From: Octopus vulgaris
Taxonomy: Eukaryota
Length of the DNA: 64,000 bases
Assembly: GCA_951406725.2 (NCBI GenBank)
Contig: OX597827.1
Location: 18,786,001 to 18,850,000, forward strand
Reading direction: 5' to 3'
Shown here: piece by piece, positions 1-13,359 of the stretch
Layout: every line of letters begins with the position of its first letter
Numbering within the stretch: position 1 is the stretch's first letter
Notes under the pieces: generated by a model
The model's database searches: none
What the model was told of the DNA's origin: nothing
Seen by the model: the letters and a program-made list of their open reading frames with translations, nothing else
Made by a program: the position numbers and the translations under genes

Positions 1-49
1 GGATAAAGATGAAGAAAGAAATAAAGATTGCTCAGTAGATATATATACA

Positions 50-76
50 ATGTCTGTGTGTGCGTATGTGTGTATG

Positions 77-108
<32 letters not shown>

Positions 109-122
109 TGTATGTATGTATG

Positions 123-181
<59 letters not shown>

Positions 182-221
182 TATATACATGTATATATAT
201 ATACATGTATATATATATTAT

Positions 222-307
<86 letters not shown>

Positions 308-341
308 AATATATGTATATATATATATATGTGTATATAAG

Positions 342-429
<88 letters not shown>

Positions 430-540
430 AGTGTATATACATATATATGTATACGTATATATATTAAATATAGCTAGATCGATCGATCGATAGATAGATA
501 GATAAATAGATAGATAGATATATAATATGGTATTATATTA
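50..540. repeat. Compound microsatellite (ATGT)n/(TA)n/(GATA)n
   Basis: Directly visible simple repeats. Confidence 0.98.
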
Positions 541-779
541 TATCATAAATACATACATGTAAATATATATTATGCGTGTGTGTGTCTAAATACACACACG
601 CACGTCCAGGCACCAACACAGGGAAGGAGGTGAGGGTGGGAAGTGAGACATAGGTGTGTATGTGTGTGTGTGTGTGTGTAAGAAGAGCGAGAGACAATAA
701 GGTCGACTTAGCGTCGGTTTAACTGAGTAAGTCGTCATACTAGACAATACCACCATTCACTGCAATAGAAACCGCTTGA

Positions 780-960
780 AAGGATCACGTGACCTGATTA
801 TGCTCACATAACGTCTCCCATTATTGTTATTCATCATTGTTGTTGTTGCTGCTGCTGCTGTTGTTGTCATTAGCATTATGTTATGTTCTGTTAACAAACC
901 TTATGGCGAAATAAAGAACCTCGCCGCCATTGTTCCTTCTGTTGTTATTTAGACGTAAGT
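780..960 (+). promoter_or_regulatory. Candidate promoter / non-coding first exon
   Basis: E-box TCACGTGA 785-792, YY1-like GCCGCCATT 923-931, consensus donor AC|GTAAGT at 955; motif evidence only. Confidence 0.2.
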
Positions 961-1198
961 CTGCCCCCGATCGAAGTGACCTACGATCAAAAGGTAGACG
1001 CTTCCAGCTGTGTTCGTCACGTTCTCTATTTTCAGTCCTAGTCTATCTGGGACTACACAATCCAATTGTGTCCTGCCCTTGCTTAAGAGAGTATATTGAG
1101 ATTCAATGGAGGAAAAACAGCTACTCTTTCCAGCGGAGAGAGCGACCACTTAGAGGATTCTCTTCTGGCATGTCCTTGCTGTTGTTGCTTCTGCTGCT

Positions 1199-1572
1199 CT
1201 TCTTCTTCTTCTTCTTCTTCTTCTTCTTCTTCTTCTTCTTCTTCTTCTTCTTCTTCTTCTTCTTCTTCTTCTTCTTCTTCTTCTTCTTCTTCTTCTTCTT
1301 CTTCTTCTTCTTCTTCTTCTTCTTCTTCTTCTTCTTCCAATCAGAACTCACGCCATTGGCCAAAAAGAACAATCTCTAATTCGAGCCTACTCTAAGTTAC
1401 TCTTGTTCTTGTTCTTGTTCTTCTTCTTGTTCTTCTTCTTGTTCTTCTTCTTCTTCTTCTTCTTCTTCTTCTTCTTCTTCTTCTTCTTCTTTTCTTGTTC
1501 TTGTTCTTTTCTTCTTTTCTTCTTCTTCTTCTTCTTCTTCTTCTTCTTCTTCTTCTTCTTCTTCTTCTTCTA
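1199..1572. repeat. Two long (TTC)n tracts
   Basis: Pure (TTC)n 1199-1337 and interrupted (TTC)n/(TTG) 1397-1572. Confidence 0.98.
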
Positions 1573-1799
1573 CTTCCAATGAGTGTGGCTACTTGAAGAA
1601 GATCCACCCACCACACGCGATACACTGGCGGTTGCACGGGCGCGAAAGCTACGTTGTTATCCTCATTCCGTAAACGGTGGCTTGTAACGGGTGGAGAGCT
1701 GAACCATCCTGGGGTACAGACGATTCGCAATCTAGACTAGGGTGTGTAATTTTACCACACCATAGTGGGCTAACCATGGTTCCTCTGCTTTATGGCAGA

Positions 1800-1981
1800 A
1801 GTAGGAGGAAAGAATGAGAGAAAGTTGTGGTGAAAGAGTATAGTGGGGTTCACCACACCGGAGCCTCGTGGAGCTTAGGTGTTTTTGTTCAATAAACACT
1901 CACAATACCCAGTCTGGGAATCGAAACTGCGTTCTTACGACCGCGACTCCGCTGCCCTAAACACTGGGCCATTGCGCCTCC
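1800..1981 (-). mobile_element. tRNA-derived SINE (SINE-R), partial
   Basis: Minus strand GGAGGCGCAATGGCCCAGTG..GTTTCGATTCCC with A/B boxes; matches other copies in window. Confidence 0.9.
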
Positions 1982-2188
1982 GCCGCTGTTGTTGCTGTTG
2001 TTTGTTTGTTTGTTGAGCGAAGCGGTCTTCGTCCCAGGTTAGCGGGAGAAGTCTGAAACGTGGTCCTTTGCTATTCGTAAGACCCGCAAAAGAGAAAGCA
2101 GGTCAACTCCCGACACCGAGAGCATCGACGGATGGATGAATGCGCATCCTGGCTCAGCGGTTGCGTAGGAAGTCGGGAACAAGAAACA

Positions 2189-2373
2189 GGAAGAAAGAGT
2201 GAGAGAAAGTTAGAGTGAAAGAGTACAACAGGGGTGGCCACCACCCCTGCCGGAGCCTCGTGGAGCTTTATGTGTTTTCGCTCAATAAACACACACAACG
2301 CCCGGTCTGGGAATCGAACTCGCGATCCTCCGACCGCGAGTCCTTTGCCCTAACCACTGGGCCATTGCGCCTC
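2189..2373 (-). mobile_element. tRNA-derived SINE (SINE-R), partial
   Basis: Same head as 1800-1981 with TGGCCCAGTGG A box and GTTCGATTCC B box. Confidence 0.9.
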
Positions 2374-2404
2374 TACTGTTGTTGTTGCTGTTATTGTTGT
2401 GGCT

Positions 2405-2830
2405 TTGACAGAATCGTTAGCACGCTGGTCTAAACGCTAAGCAGCATTTCGCCCGTCGCTACGTTCTGAGTTCAAATTCCGCCGAGGTCGACTTTGCCTT
2501 TCATTCTTTTAGGATCGATGGAAAAAACGGTAGCATCTGAGCACTGGAATCGACGTAATCGACTATCCCCCCTCCCCCATAATTCCTGACCATTGTGCCA
2601 AAATTTGAAACGATTATTGTTGTTGTTGTTGTAATTGTTATTAGCATGCCAGACAAAATGTTTAGAGGCATTTCGTCCACTTTTACATTCTGAGTTCAAA
2701 TTCCGTCGCAATCGATTTTGCCTTTCATCCTTTAGGTTTCGATAAAGTAAGTACCATTTCAGCACTTACGTCGATGAAATCGACTTACCTCTCCACCAAA
2801 ATTTCAGGCCTTGTGCCTTTAGTAGAAAGG
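2405..2830 (+). mobile_element. Two tandem SINE-B copies (short tail)
   Basis: GAGTTCAAATTCC B box, TTTGCCTTTCAT body, each ending in a TAT-rich tail. Confidence 0.85.
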
Positions 2831-3064
<234 letters not shown>

Positions 3065-3624
3065 GTTGAGTGAGAGAGCAGTTCATGCCATCAAAGTGAC
3101 ACTGGGGTAAAATATACGAAGCCCAATATACCCATCATGACTACCCGTCTGATAAGGGTACACCAGGCACATGCATCACAACCATATGTGTGCGACATGG
3201 TGATCTCATATCAAGGTAAACAGAACATGACCTTGCAGGTGGGGCCCAGTCAGAATTTTGTTCTGGTCGAGTAGCCCATTCCACTCAAAAGGTCCCTGAA
3301 TAAGGATTGTTTAAGGATGTAGAACTAAACACTCATGTTTCCAGAGGTGAATTATTCAAACCCCAAAGAATCCCTCTCAACACGTGGTTATGATGCTCCC
3401 CCACTACTTCTGCTCGTGATCAGAGATGCACATATCGTCAGCCACTAAGGGACATGCTCAACTGGTTAAGGTCAAACAACTGACAAGAATATCCGTGCTG
3501 TTGAGCAGAATATTTGATGTAGTTCATCTTTTATACCAAGACAAAACAATGTAGATGATAACACTTCCAATCAGTTAAGATCAGAAGCCACGAGAGCCAC
3601 TGCCTGGTACTGCATAAGGGCATT
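3065..3624 (-). mobile_element. ~560 bp non-coding element embedded in (TAA)n
   Basis: Complex sequence sharply bounded on both sides by (TAT)n; no ORF; strand and class inferred. Confidence 0.5.
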
Positions 3625-3647
3625 TATTATTGTTGTTGTTGTTGTTG

Positions 3648-3706
<59 letters not shown>

Positions 3707-3732
3707 GTTATTATTATTACTATTACCATTAA

Positions 3733-3983
3733 TGCCTGACGTCGAATCTGTGCCCATTAAACCTTTTGTTTAATTGTTCTGTTGTACAACCAACAGAAAT
3801 CAAGTTGTGTTTCGTTCATTCTGCAGAGTACACCAGATGGGAATCTCTACATGTCCCATCTTCAATACAGATTCACATCTGGTGTACGCTGCAGAATGAA
3901 CGAAACACAACTTGATTTCTGTTGGTTGTACAACAGAGCAATTAAACAAAAGGTTTTAACGGGCACAGATTCGACGCCAGGCA
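3733..3983. repeat. Near-perfect palindrome (foldback element), ~114-bp arms
   Basis: 3733-3846 is the reverse complement of 3869-3983 with few mismatches, ~22-nt spacer. Confidence 0.92.
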
Positions 3984-4474
3984 CAATAACAGTAGTTCGA
4001 CAGAACTTGCTGAACCACTTCATTTGAAACGGCTGTAATTTCGAAGACGTGGAAGTGCGCATTCTCAGAAAATATTCTGAATCTGCTTCACTTTCACTTC
4101 TCAAAAGCCACAAGGAAAAATATTTTTGCGAGTAATTAACATCACGCCATGGAGGAATAAATAAAATGACAGGAGAATATCATCAAATTTATGCAAAACT
4201 GTTTGATTAAGTATTCTTCTTTTTCTCTTTTTTCTTTCCTCTTTTTTTTTTGTCTGTCTTTCTTCTTCTCTCTCCTTTATTCTGTCTTTTTCTTTTTGCC
4301 TGTTATAAAATTGAAACTTAAAAACTGATGATGTCATTCCATCAACGTGTGAACGCTGGTTGCTCTCGTTTAAATTTCTATAGTTTTGAATTTTTATCAC
4401 TTCTTATTTTGAACTTGACAAAGACAGACTTACTGTTGAAATATCGTTCAACCAATGAAATATCTATCACAATC

Positions 4475-5183
4475 GAATCACGCTCTTCGTCTTGACTGTT
4501 TACTTTTGACTGAGTTGCGATCCTAGATTAGGCGTAGACCGAGGAGGGGCGCTTGGCACCTCGAGTGCCGCCAAGCGCCCACAGCCCTCCGGCAGGAGGG
4601 CAATGTGGTCGCTGGTAGTTCTACTCTAGCGTTCTACAGAAGGCTAGTGGAAGGAAAGTGCGACGACGTTCTCGGGGGAAACTCTGGGCGTCAATGAAGA
4701 TCAACTAACCGCTCTTTTTCGGGGGACTTTCGGGCGTGGGCCTATGGACAACTTCCAGAAATCCCTTGCCTGACAGTGCTACCGAGGGGCGCTACCTGTT
4801 CGAGATAAACTTTACAGGCACGGAAGTGCCGTCAGCCGGGCCTGTCCGAGGTGCGCCCAGAACAATGAAACCGTTCTGCACGCTCTAGTCCAGTGCCCGA
4901 ATATTACTGACCGGTGGGTTTATGTCGAACACATACTGTCGCGTGTAGGACAAATCCGGCTATCAGCTGAATCCATTCCGAAGATTGTCCCGCCGCCCTC
5001 TTTTGGCCGGGAGGAGAAGGCAATTTTTATTTGTCTAGTGGCTCTAGCGAAAGAGATAGTATGGTGGACCTGTTTGAAAGGGCTAAAGACAGGCACTTTC
5101 TTCTTTGGCCAAGCCCCCATCAACTTTTTCAAGTTTCACCTGAAAATAAAGTTGAGGGTGGAGAGGAAAGTGTTGCCTTGTAG
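4475..5183 (+). pseudogene. Tx1/L1-clade LINE ORF2 C-terminal remnant
   Basis: From 4744: MDNFQKSLA*QCYRGALPVRDKLYRHGSAVSRACPRCAQNNETVLHALVQCP (CCHC zinc knuckle, zf-RVT type) with in-frame stop. Confidence 0.85.
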
Positions 5184-5336
5184 CATATATATATATATAT
5201 ATATAAACAAAATATTAAGGAATAACCCTGAGAAGGTCGTTCGACTCACTTGAAAAGAGCAGCTAAAACTCAAAACCGCAAAAAATAGTAACAATTCTGA
5301 AACTAGAGGAAAATAAAAAACATTTATCCCCTTCAA

Positions 5337-5432
5337 ACTTTGTACCCTGCAAGGTTTCAACATCTTCACGCAATCAAATTTAATTAAATTAAATTAAATC
5401 CGTTTACGCTTGGCTTGTCTCGTCAGCAAAGT
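5337..5432 (-). ncRNA. Type I hammerhead ribozyme motif with long stem II insertion
   Basis: Minus: ACTTTG-CTGACGA-GACA..~53 nt..TGTT-GAAA-CCTTGCAGG-GTA-CAAAGT; perfect 6-bp stem I, quasi-palindromic stem III. Confidence 0.75.
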
Positions 5433-5711
5433 CACCAAAATAGGAGGCAGATATATATACACGAGGCTACACCATCTAAGCCTCGGGTCTATATATCGTA
5501 AATTTTCGAATTCACCGTAATCGCGCCATCTACTCCGCGGCAAATATAAGCTGCTGATACAAATTTCAGAATTAGTCAAAAATTCATTTATCAATCAATA
5601 TAAGGGTAACAAAAAATTCAAGAAAAATTTTCTGCCACCAGCGGTCAAGTGAGAAAATAGAAATAGTCACAGACTATATGATACATTCAACAAAATATTA
5701 AGGAATAACTC

Positions 5712-5770
<59 letters not shown>

Positions 5771-5776
5771 CTCTGA

Positions 5777-5859
<83 letters not shown>

Positions 5860-5864
<5 letters not shown>

Positions 5865-6134
5865 AAAAACAAAATGGGACAAGAACGCAAAACATCCGGA
5901 CAACTAGGTGATACAAAATGGGCAACAAAACATCCAGATAGACGATACAAAAAAACAGTCAAGAACCGGATCATCCTCGCAATTTCGGCTGATTAATCTT
6001 GAGATTGCTCCAATCTAGCCAGCCCCAAGGGAAAACTAAGCTACGAGCATTAAATTTCTTGGGAAAAAGATCGAATGTATACGAAACAAAGACAGAAAAA
6101 CAGACATATTACACGAATATAAATACAAAAAAAC

Positions 6135-6189
<55 letters not shown>

Positions 6190-6975
6190 GGACATAACAA
6201 CTGGCGTCTTTCGACCAGAGACGAATTGAACTCAGCTAGCCTATTTGAAAAATAAGGCCTTACGGCAGACGAAGTAAGCGGTGTTATTGTGACGGTTGTC
6301 CGAAGCGAATGGGCTATAGTTGGCCAGCGGTCACGTGAGAAGAGAAGAGAGAGAAAATGAGGGGCAAAGGAATTAAAGAGGGGGGAGAGAGAGAAAAAGA
6401 GGAACAAACGTACTAAGGAGGGGGAGAAGAAGAGAGCGTGTCAAGGATTGGCGAGAAAAAAGAAAGACAGGGACAATGAAGTACAAAGTAAGAAAGGTAA
6501 AGAAATGTGAGAGAGTGTGTTGAAGTCGTACAAAGTTTAGTGAAATGTGTACTTATATATGCATATATGCATGTATATATATATATCGATGAAAGTATAT
6601 GCATCCACGTTCCAACACGTCTTGTGTCCATCTCCCATGTTCCTGCCTTTAGGCTTTCACTCCATACACGCCAGCTCAATTTGAATCGTTCTTAGTCGAA
6701 AGACGCCTGTTGTTACTTCTTGTTGTTTGTATTCGTAATTGTGTACCATGTTCTCCGTTTTCTTTTTGTTGTGTTTTTGTCTTTGTTGCTGTACACATTC
6801 GCGAGCTTTCTTACAAAGGGGTCTAATGCTCTTAGCTTAGACTTTTTTGGGGGAAAACCAGATTGAACCATTTCAAGTGTAACTGTCCGAAATGGTCGTG
6901 ACTTCTAGTACTTGACCGAAGAAAGAAAGCCAAGAACGACCCGTTTTTTTGCCTGTCCTATTTGTTGTTTCATGC
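5860..6975. mobile_element. Two inverted, diverged fragments of a (TA)n-associated repeat, probably Penelope-like
   Basis: 5860-6250 and 6690-6975 are inverted homologues; relatives at 14720-14850, 38440-38600, 40100-40235, 62340-62700; class inferred. Confidence 0.55.
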
Positions 6976-7479
6976 CTGAGTAAAACTTTATTTCTATTTA
7001 TAGATTGATTCATTAATTATGAAGATTAATATTTGAGTTTATTTTCTTACATTTATATAATTATTAATTAGCTAATCTCTTTATTGAAACCATGAGCATG
7101 CATACATCGCCATGAGAAGCTGCGAGTTTACTTTAGCAATTAAATTTCTAATCTTCTTAATTTTAATCTTCGGTACGAATAAATGCGAGTGTCTGCGCAC
7201 AATCGTATGCGCATGTGTCTAGATATAGCTGTATAAGCAGATATGGACACATGCACGTGTGTGTGTATGAGAATATGCGCGAGTGATATTTATAGTATTT
7301 GTGTTAAATATATTTTGCATGTATTTTCCATCTGTGTATATGGGAGCATAGATTTCTTTGTCCAGACACGAGGAATCACACCCGTAGCTCGGGTATATTC
7401 GCTCATCCAAAAATTATTTTCCTTTATTGGTATTAAACACGTGAAGTCGAGATTTATGCACTGTTATTACCAACCAGTT

Positions 7480-7720
7480 CGGTTGGCTTAGTGGTTAGGG
7501 TGTTGGACTCATGATCGTAAGATGTTGGTTTCGATTCCTGGACCGAGCGATGCGTTGTGTTCTTGAGCAAAACACTCTGTTTCACGTTGCTCCAGTCCAC
7601 TCAGCTGCCAAAAATGAATAATCCTGCGACAGACCAGCGTCCCGTCCAGGTGGGGAATATATACGCCATGGAAACCGGGAAACCGGCCCTTAAGAGCTTG
7701 GCATAGCTCAAGAAGGAAAC
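7480..7720 (+). mobile_element. tRNA-derived SINE (SINE-R related)
   Basis: TGGCTTAGTGG A box, GTTTCGATTCC B box, 3' end shared with 26313-26612. Confidence 0.85.
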
Positions 7721-7830
7721 TCTCCTCTCTCTATTACCAGTTTGAACATGCTAAAAGCACGTTCCGATTTCATTGTGTTTTGTCTAGGAGAAAATTTCTC
7801 GTTGTAGACATGGTATAGATACACCCAAAT

Positions 7831-7929
7831 CAGCTCGCAGCGTCACCTATACCGACTGTGAGACGCAAGTATTTCGGAGTAGTTATCTCCTCTTCAGTCA
7901 CACAAACCGGATGGTGGCGCTGCAAGCCG
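7831..7929 (-). ncRNA. Extended type I hammerhead ribozyme motif
   Basis: Minus: TGTGA-CTGAAGA-GGAG-ATAACTA-CTCC-GAAA-TACTTGC-GTC-TCACA plus ~17-bp distal stem I extension. Confidence 0.8.
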
Positions 7930-8303
7930 ATAGGAGAGACAATTTATCACCCCGAGATTTATACGTCTTTCTTTCTATGTGTGATCTGTGCTACCCATCC
8001 TCAAATCATCGCAGGCCGGAGACCGTAATATAATTTTATATCTACATGAAACCTTAGGTACCAGTATAAAATGAGGACGACCATAAATCCATAAATACAT
8101 AAACGGAGTAGAACAAAATGGTGGTTATCATCACGCAGTACTTTTGCAGTGTCTAACCCGTTGCTTAGGCTTGATTTTTTTAACCCCTGTACGACCCATT
8201 ATATCCCAAATACATATTCGAAACAATCAATCGTGAAACAAATGGACAACAATATGTATGTGCAGAGGATACCACGTTAAAGTAGTGATAAACACTATAT
8301 ATA

Positions 8304-9064
8304 CAGGGTGCGGCGAATAAATTGTCTAAATTACGCAAAAATAAAAATAACACTGACATCTCATTTTAACAGATATATTTACCAAAATTACATAAAAATA
8401 TCTTGAAATACTAAAGAGTAAATTTATTCAATCATATCGCCATTGGCTTCAAACACGGGCTCCAGACGACTTCGGAATCTCTTGGAACTCAAGGAGGTTT
8501 CCGTGTGGGGAGTTAGGTGGCCAGATGCTAGGGGTGATGTAGTCTCAGAAATTGTCTGACAGCCATGACTGGGCTCTCCAGTTTGTGTGGCATGGTGCAG
8601 AGTCCTGTGGCCAGACATAGGGTCTTCAAGCATCCACCCCCTTGACCCAGGACAGCAATACCTCCTCTAGGCACTTGATGTAGGCTTCTGTGTTGAATTT
8701 GAGGTCGTGCGGGAAGATGAATGGAAGCATAACGTCGTTATCACTCGTGATCACTGCAAACACCATGATGTTGACTGGACGTTTGATTTTTATCACTCTC
8801 GGTAGATGTCCTCGGATTGCACTGTCCTCAGATTAACACCCAAACACTGAAATGTTTATATTGGAGCCTCCGGCGCGAATGCCAGGCAGTACAGCATGTC
8901 ATTTCTAAATTTCTGGTAGAGTGAATTGCGCCATGGTGTTGTTTTTCTCACGGGCGGTGTCCAACTGACCCTACTATACTGTGTAGTCGATAAAATCAAA
9001 AACTAACAAAGCACATGCGCAAAATAAAAAATAAAAACGGCGTGAGTTTACCCATTGCACCCTA
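8304..9064 (-). mobile_element. Internally deleted Tc1/mariner-superfamily transposon with transposase remnant
   Basis: TA-flanked CAGGGTGC...GCACCCTA termini; minus-strand peptides RPYVWPQDSAPCHT, IWPPNS, KRFRSRLEPVFEANGDMIE*. Confidence 0.85.
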
Positions 9065-9171
9065 TACATACATACATACATACATATATATACATACGTA
9101 CATGCATACATAAATAATGCATGTATACATACTTGCACGTATGCATACATACATACATACATATATTATAT

Positions 9172-9215
<44 letters not shown>

Positions 9216-9363
9216 ATATATCCACTCACCAAATCCACTCACAAGGCTTTCGTCGGCCCGAGGCTAGAGTAGAAGACACTTGCCCAAGGTGCCACGCAGT
9301 GGGACTGAACCTGGAACCATGTGGTTGGTAAACAACTTACTTACCACACAGCCACTCCTGCGT

Positions 9364-9480
<117 letters not shown>

Positions 9481-9783
9481 CATGTATTTATGTATTTATG
9501 TATGTATTATATACTGTTCATTTGTTGATAATATCAGAGTATCAGGAAAAAAAAGACAAGCATTTCGGCGAAATTGAATAATTATTTGCTACAAAAGTTA
9601 TAGGTGAACTACTTTAAGTTTTATACTCAAAAGGTGCAATATTCGCCATTTTGTTTTACGTAAGACGTTCTGTGTGCGAACCGAGAAGTAACCGGGTATT
9701 ATAATATCACTACACAGTGATAATAAAGGAGGAAAAACGTGAAAATAGAAAGTGAGAAAGAGAGAAAATGTTGTTCTTGAAGA

Positions 9784-9881
<98 letters not shown>

Positions 9882-10395
9882 TGTGTGTGTGTGTGCATGC
9901 ATTCGTATACCATTGGCCAATGTTCCGGGATTTTAAAACACGAATGAGGATGTAAGCAGATTATATATTTTTTGCATACGCAGACTGGTGTTTGGGTCTA
10001 AAAAATATACAAACATGATATCCGGATTATAACAGTGTAGAAACATCTGCATATACAAGTATATACAAATATGCAAGCATTTTAAGCCAACAAACTCACA
10101 CACACACACACAACATCTTATACACCCTGGTGCATTACGTATATATGTATACACATAGACATATATACTAAGTACTATAAATTCTGAAATAAATTTATCT
10201 GTATCTATATCATTATATCTATACACACACACATACATCCATACATGCTGTTATGAGTTTAAATCCCGCAGAGGTCGACTTTGCCTTTCATCCTTTCGGT
10301 ATAGACAAACTAAGTACCAGTTGCGTTCCGGGGTCGATATAATTGACTGGCCCCCTCCCCCAAAATTTCGGGCCTTCTGCCTAGAGTAGAATAGT

Positions 10396-10476
<81 letters not shown>

Positions 10477-10564
10477 CATATCGAAGGGAAATGGAAATTA
10501 ATAGAAATTTTCATTTCCAGTGGCCTAGCATGTAAAAATTTAGTCCAAAGACTATGTATTACTC

Positions 10565-10952
10565 ATAAAATACAGTGTACATTTAAACACATAAGGAATC
10601 CACTCATGGAATTCAACACGCTAGAAAGAACAGCTAGGTTCTATAACCACAAAATTAGGGATAAAATTCGACAGGAACGAAATGAAAAAATAAAAACATT
10701 TTGCCATCTAATTTCCTGGACCAATTGGTTTCTGATTTTAGTTTAGCAAGTAAATAACTTTTACTCGCGAGGTGAAATATTTCCCAACAGGTTCACCTTA
10801 GATTAAATACATAAACACGAGGCGATCAACTATGTGCCCCTTGTTTATAGATCCTAATTTTTCCCCCTAATTTTGTGGTTATAGAACCTAGCTGTTCTTT
10901 CTAGCATGTTGAATCCCATGAGTGGATTCCTTATGTGTTTAAATGTACACTG

Positions 10953-10960
<8 letters not shown>
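10565..10960. mobile_element. ~100-bp inverted repeat pair between (TA)n tracts, Penelope-like fragment
   Basis: 10565-10668 vs 10856-10960; spacer has minus-strand GAAACCAATTGGTC (hammerhead 3' half only). Confidence 0.6.
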
Positions 10961-10999
<39 letters not shown>

Positions 11000-11099
11000 T
11001 ATATACATCTCTCTATATATAAACGGCAGTTTGTCTGTGTGTGTTTCTGTGTGTCTGTTAGGTTGTACCCTCACCCTGACCACGGCTTTCAACCGATTC

Positions 11100-11168
<69 letters not shown>

Positions 11169-11219
11169 TATATGCACACACATATGTATATCTTTAGAAG
11201 GACATATGCATGAATGTTT

Positions 11220-11800
11220 GAATATGAACATACACAAAATCAAACTCAAAAACACATACATATTTATATACACACGCATAAACACACGCACAGATACACA
11301 CGCGCGTGTGCGCGCAAAGAGACACACGCGGACGCAAGCCAACACGCATGCACACAAGCGCACAAACACATTTACACGCACACACACACACTTCCAGAGA
11401 CTATTACACGCATATACACACAGACACACACACATGCACATATACACCAACATTTCAGAGACACACACATACACGCACACACACACACACACACAGACAC
11501 ACAGACACACACATACACACACACACGCAAAGAAATACACGCGCACGCAAGCGAGTACGCAATTCGCATGCACGCACATGTACACACGCATGTACACAAG
11601 CACACACACACACACACACATATACACATATAACCATAACCAAACACACACACACACACACACACACATACACACATACACACACACACCTCCAGAGACT
11701 GTTACACGCACGTAACACAAGTCGCATACGGAGACAAATACACCTTTTATCTTGGAGACACAAACGGAACAACACAAATACAACATAGACATAAACACAA

Positions 11801-11851
<51 letters not shown>

Positions 11852-11925
11852 TACAAACACGCGCGCACACACACACATGCAGACACACGCAAACACACAC
11901 ACGCGCTCACACGCAGACACACATT
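11220..11925. repeat. Degenerate (CA)n field
   Basis: Visible. Confidence 0.95.
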
Positions 11926-12229
11926 GACCGTAGACAATAATTTAGTTCTGTCTATCGTCGTGGGAAAAAAATTAACACTGAGTGTATGGCAATTCTATGG
12001 AGCTTTATAACACAGACAGTTATCTATATACGCAACACAAATACACACACACACACACACATACACATGTATATATATATATATATATACATGCATATAT
12101 ATGTGTGTGTGTGTGTTTATGTATGTGCGTATATCACTTGTCAAAAGTTTAATAGCTGAGACAAAGATCTAAGGCATGTATACATATCAATTGTAATAGA
12201 GACATGCGCTATGGAATATATGTATGTGT

Positions 12230-12452
12230 AGCTGGCAGAAACGGTAGCACGCCGGGCGAAATGCTTTGCGGTATTTCGTCTGTCGTTAGGTTCTGAGTTC
12301 AAATTCCGCCGAGGTCGACTTTGCCTTTCATCCTTTCGGGGTCGATTAAATAAGTACCAGTTACGCACTGGAGTCGATGTAATCGATTTAATCCGTTTGT
12401 CTGTCCTTGCTTGTCCTCTCTGTGTTTAGCCCCTTGTGGGTAGTAAAGAAAA
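12230..12452 (+). mobile_element. SINE-B (long tail)
   Basis: GCTGGCAGAAACGG head, GAGTTCAAATTCC, tail CCCCTTGTGGGTAGTAAAGAAA. Confidence 0.9.
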
Positions 12453-12525
12453 ATGTATGTGTGTGTTAGAGTGTGTATATATGTATATATATATATATAT
12501 ATATGTATATGTATATATATATATA

Positions 12526-12941
12526 CTCTTACTCTCTTTTACTCTTTTACTCAGTCATTTGACTGCGGCCATGCTGGAGCACCGCCTTTAGTCGAGCAAA
12601 TCGACCCCCAGGACTTATTCTTTGTAAGCCTAGTACTTATTCTATCGGACACTTTTACCGAACCGCTATTTTACGGGGACGTAAACACACCAGCATCGGT
12701 TGTCAAGCGATGTTGGGGAGGGGGGGACAAACACAGACACAAACACACCCACACACACACACATATATATATATATACGACGGGCTTCTTTCAGTTTCCG
12801 TCTACCAAATCCACTCACAAGGCTTTGTTCGGCCCGAGGCTATAGTAGAAGACACTCGCCCAAAGTGTCACGCAGTGGGACTGAACCCGGGACCATGTGG
12901 TTGGTAAGCAAGCTACTTACCACAAGGCCACTCCTACGCCT
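12526..12941 (-). mobile_element. SINE-K, full length
   Basis: Reverse complement of 25430-25846, with internal (TA)n(TG)n and AGAGTAAA tail. Confidence 0.92.
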
Positions 12942-13307
12942 ATATACATACACGTATGAGCACAAAACGCTAACATATACACATACGCGCAAACACATAT
13001 CTTATATAATGCGAATATATGCATGTGTATGTGTGTATGTGTGTATGCGTGTATAAATATTTCTGGATATATACATACATATATAACGTAAAGTATACTA
13101 GCCATCTCAATATGGCTAACCACTAAGGGTGGGTGTTACTGTAGCTTTTAGCCCCAGGAGATCATCGTCTCCAGCTGGCTTTAGGCACACTTTCTGTGCC
13201 CTTATGGGAGGTCATCCCTCTCTCCTAAACCTAAGTGACACGCACGGACTGCAGTTTCTAGGTATGTGCCTGTCTTTGCCTGCATCTCGTTCACAGATTT
13301 ATTATTG

Positions 13308-13359
<52 letters not shown>

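Noticed and set aside
3400-3490. Possible HDV-like ribozyme on the minus strand (GTCAGT/GCTGAC pairing around GTCCCTTA)
   Set aside because: Could not build convincing P2, P1.1 and J4/2 elements by eye.
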